From: Fervidicoccaceae archaeon
GTDB lineage: Archaea; Thermoproteota; Thermoprotei_A; Sulfolobales; Fervidicoccaceae
Reading direction: 5' to 3'
Assembly (NCBI GenBank): GCA_038734945.1
Contig: JAVYOA010000002.1
Span: 248,001 to 312,000, forward strand
Length of the DNA stretch: 64,000 nt
Under the pieces are notes generated by a model, which saw nothing but the letters and a program-made list of their open reading frames with translations, made no database searches and was not told the origin of the DNA. Position 1 is the stretch's first letter. Each line of letters opens with the position of its first letter. Shown piece by piece: positions 61,399 through 64,000 of this stretch. Position numbers and translations under genes: made by a program.

Positions 61399-61772
61399 GT
61401 TACATTGATAAAGAAAAGAATAATAATTATCTTAAATGCTATTGTGCGTGGAAATAGTTCTACAATGGTTGAGAACCTTTTAGATCAGCTCCCTCCAATT
61501 TACTCGAGACTTAGAGATCTAGGCGGTGCTCTCGAGCGTCCTTAAGGACATTGCAGTTCCAAAAATAATGCTGGGGATGAAGCAGATAAAGTCAACTAAA
61601 TATGGAACATATATGGAAAGTCGAAACAGTTTTCAAAGCATGCTCATACCAATGCTCTCTACATTCTCATTCTTGAAAGCCGGCCTTAGCTGAACCTTTA
61701 TATGAGCCAAGTCCAAATATTTTTCGTTTTTTATATAATTTGATATTCTATCATTATCTTTGGGTCTTAAGT

Positions 61773-62882
61773 ATGGCAGAGCAAAGCATAGTCAAGGTAT
61801 TAAATGGTAGAGAGGTGTGGGATGAAATCACCTCCCGAGGATTCAGTAATGTGCTTTCCGTTTACTTCATCGCTTCAACTAAGATTTCCACGATTCCTGG
61901 AATAAGCCTAGCTGGAGTCAACTCGGAGCTTACTCTCTACACTCCAGCCCTTGATGTTGAGTACTTGACCCTAGGAAAGCCGAAGTCACTGCCCATTGTC
62001 CCGACGACACCAGATGGAGTGCCTACTCCAGCTCTATTAACAAGAGTTGCCATACAGCTTTCAGGGATCCCTTACCTAGTTGTAAACTGTGGAAGCTATA
62101 TAGATCCCCAGATACCGCATGTGGACATACCAGGCAAAGCTGTTGGAGGAAGGATCGATGTTGAGGACTCTCTCACTCCAGAGGCTGTATCTAAACTTTT
62201 CGATGGTTCGAGAACTCTGGGAAAGATGCTTGGGTCGGAGAGCTCTCTTCTGGTTGTAGGTGAATCTATGCCTGGAGGGACAACTTCGGCTATGGCCATT
62301 ATGGAGGCGCTAGGCTATAGAGCCGTTGGAAGGGTGAGCAGTGCGAGTCCATCAAACCCACATGACCTGAAGAGAGAAGTCTTTGAGAGCGCTGTTAAAA
62401 GAGTTGGAAAAAGGCTTCCGCTAGTTGAACCACTAGAGGTAGTTAGCCACTTCGGAGACCCCCTCCATATATCGATTACAGGTTTTCTCGCTGGAGCGCT
62501 TGAGAGAGGCGCCAGAGTTATATTGGCAGGTGGCACCCAGATGTCTGCTGTACTCGCCCTGGCTAGAGCTCTCGGTATTCGCTTTGGCGGTAGAGTAGCC
62601 ATAGGCACCACCCGCTGGATTGTCGAGGACAGGAGCTCAAACCTTTTGGGGCTTGTTAAAGATATATATCCAGATGTTCCTGTAGCCTATGCTGATGTGA
62701 ACTTCTTGAGCGTTAGGCATCGGGGTCTCAGAGCTTACGAGGAGGGGTATGTTAAGGAGGGGGTTGGAGCTGGTGGCACTCTGATAGTTAGTGCTCTCCT
62801 CAGGAATATTAACATGGAAGAGTTGTTGAAAGCGGTGCAGGAAGAGTATGAGAGGGTCGTTAGTCTTGCCCAAGAGAGCTAG
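61773..62882 (+). CDS. cobT: Archaeal CobT-type NaMN:base phosphoribosyltransferase
   Basis: IPGISLAG, GVPTPALLTR, GESMPGGTTSA, LAGGTQM, VKEGVGAGG. Confidence 0.88.
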   Translation: MAEQSIVKVLNGREVWDEITSRGFSNVLSVYFIASTKISTIPGISLAGVNSELTLYTPALDVEYLTLGKPKSLPIVPTTPDGVPTPALLTRVAIQLSGIPYLVVNCGSYIDPQIPHVDIPGKAVGGRIDVEDSLTPEAVSKLFDGSRTLGKMLGSESSLLVVGESMPGGTTSAMAIMEALGYRAVGRVSSASPSNPHDLKREVFESAVKRVGKRLPLVEPLEVVSHFGDPLHISITGFLAGALERGARVILAGGTQMSAVLALARALGIRFGGRVAIGTTRWIVEDRSSNLLGLVKDIYPDVPVAYADVNFLSVRHRGLRAYEEGYVKEGVGAGGTLIVSALLRNINMEELLKAVQEEYERVVSLAQES

Positions 62883-63873
62883 ACGCTTAGATGCAGACAC
62901 TATACTGAGAGGTTTCGACAGCCCTATGGAGGTAGTCTCAACACCCCCACTAATCACCCCAGACAGGCCTATAAGAGGGGAAGTGGAGGTCCTAGTATTT
63001 AAGAGGGTAAGGACCGAGGAAGTGGAGAACCCCATAAAATACTATACGCGAGTTGCTAGAACGCTAGGCCTGAAAAGAGCCCTGATGGTCACAACCTCGG
63101 TGTCTTTAGACGATAAATTCAGTTACATAAGGGTTGAGAAAGCTGTTGCCTTTCTTTACATGACTGCGAGCCCAAAGCCCCCGGTATGCTCAGATTCTGT
63201 TACATGCCTTCCCCTTCTCTTTGGCACAATCAATGCAGTTGCTGTAGATTACCAGCCGCTGAGCTATAATGCTCTAGTAGATCTATTGAGAACCTCAGCT
63301 GAAGCGAAGGTTTTAGCTTCAATCGACCCTCTGCTGCGATGTAGAACCTGGTCGCCAGAGACGGTGTCTGATTCTATATTGATCCTCGAGCCGTCGGAAG
63401 TGAATGAGAGAATCGCTTTTGCAGGTATATCCACTAACATTGGGAGGCTGCTAGACGTGTTCTCTGAAGTTTCTTCCGGCTGCCTCATACCCGAGGTAAA
63501 CATATCCAAAGCTAAATCTCTTGCCTTGAAGCCGCTAAAGAGAGCTCAGCAAGATCCTAATGTTTGGGCCCTTTTAGTTGCAGCCAGAGAGCTAGACCTT
63601 CTTGGACTAGCCGGAAGCATACCAGAGATAGCCAAGGAAGAGCTCGAGGAGGACGGCAAAAAATTAGTTGCTGATGAGGTCATCGACACAGCTTTACTCA
63701 CATACCCAGCTGGACTCAGTGGCTTGTTCATAATATACCGGGTCGATAGGCAGAAAGACTACGGCATTGTTGACCATGAAGAGCTCGGCGTTTTCATGGA
63801 CTATGTGCTTTCAGCATTACTAGTATGCATGATAGTAGATCTCCTTGCTAGGGTAGATAGAGATGAGGAATAG
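62848..63873 (+). CDS. CbiZ-like amidohydrolase fused to CobZ-like phosphatase (CbiS-like), divergent
   Basis: GTIN...AEAK (CbiZ-like); DPNV, LVADE (CobZ-like). Confidence 0.7.
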   Translation: MRGSLVLPKRARRLDADTILRGFDSPMEVVSTPPLITPDRPIRGEVEVLVFKRVRTEEVENPIKYYTRVARTLGLKRALMVTTSVSLDDKFSYIRVEKAVAFLYMTASPKPPVCSDSVTCLPLLFGTINAVAVDYQPLSYNALVDLLRTSAEAKVLASIDPLLRCRTWSPETVSDSILILEPSEVNERIAFAGISTNIGRLLDVFSEVSSGCLIPEVNISKAKSLALKPLKRAQQDPNVWALLVAARELDLLGLAGSIPEIAKEELEEDGKKLVADEVIDTALLTYPAGLSGLFIIYRVDRQKDYGIVDHEELGVFMDYVLSALLVCMIVDLLARVDRDEE

Positions 63874-64000
63874 GGTCATTTGTGTAGTGATGGCTGGTGG
63901 TGAGGGAAGAAGATTTGGCAACCCAGAGAAGTTCATGGAGAAGGTATGTGGGGAGCCGATACTTTCCAGACTCGTGAAGCAGCTAGAGAGGCTCTGCGTG
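63863..64000 (+). CDS. CobY-like NTP transferase, 3' truncated by window edge
   Basis: MRNRVICVVMAGGEGRRFGNPEK; absent from the ORF track because it runs off the window; cobalamin context. Confidence 0.75.
   Translation, partial: MRNRVICVVMAGGEGRRFGNPEKFMEKVCGEPILSRLVKQLERLCV

Noticed and set aside
61399..61772. Cobalamin riboswitch or small gene upstream of cobT
   Set aside because: No recognisable B12-box or stable structure; only short ORFs without motifs

Overview
Chromosomal window from a crenarchaeon (Thermoproteota, Desulfurococcales/Fervidicoccales-like by inference: single-chain RpoB, Rpo13-like gene, intron-containing cbf5, non-canonical tRNA intron). Much of it is core information-processing genes: the L3-L4-L23-L2 and S19 to SecY/Adk/Cbf5 ribosomal clusters, rpoH-B-A'-A''-L30e-NusA-S12, S7, EF-1alpha and S10. 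The main accessory find is a four-gene operon at 35.0-39.8 kb. It encodes an oxalate-oxidoreductase-type 2-oxoacid:ferredoxin oxidoreductase (YPIRP signature, but Asn at the catalytic switch-loop Asp) and an OxlT-like transporter that keeps the oxalate-binding Arg/Lys pair, with a palindromic operator at its promoter. This is a candidate archaeal anaerobic oxalate (or oxalate-analogue) oxidation system. Also present: a 21-nt bulge-helix-bulge intron in the catalytic Asp codon of cbf5, two intron-containing tRNAs, two box C/D-type RNA candidates, a structured rpl3 leader, a MoxR/vWA module inside the ribosomal cluster, form III RubisCO divergent from a biotin-domain-less carboxyltransferase, an inverted rps7, and the start of a corrinoid salvage cluster with two PP-loop ligases. 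All assignments are by eye from motifs and recalled family sequences; no searches were run.
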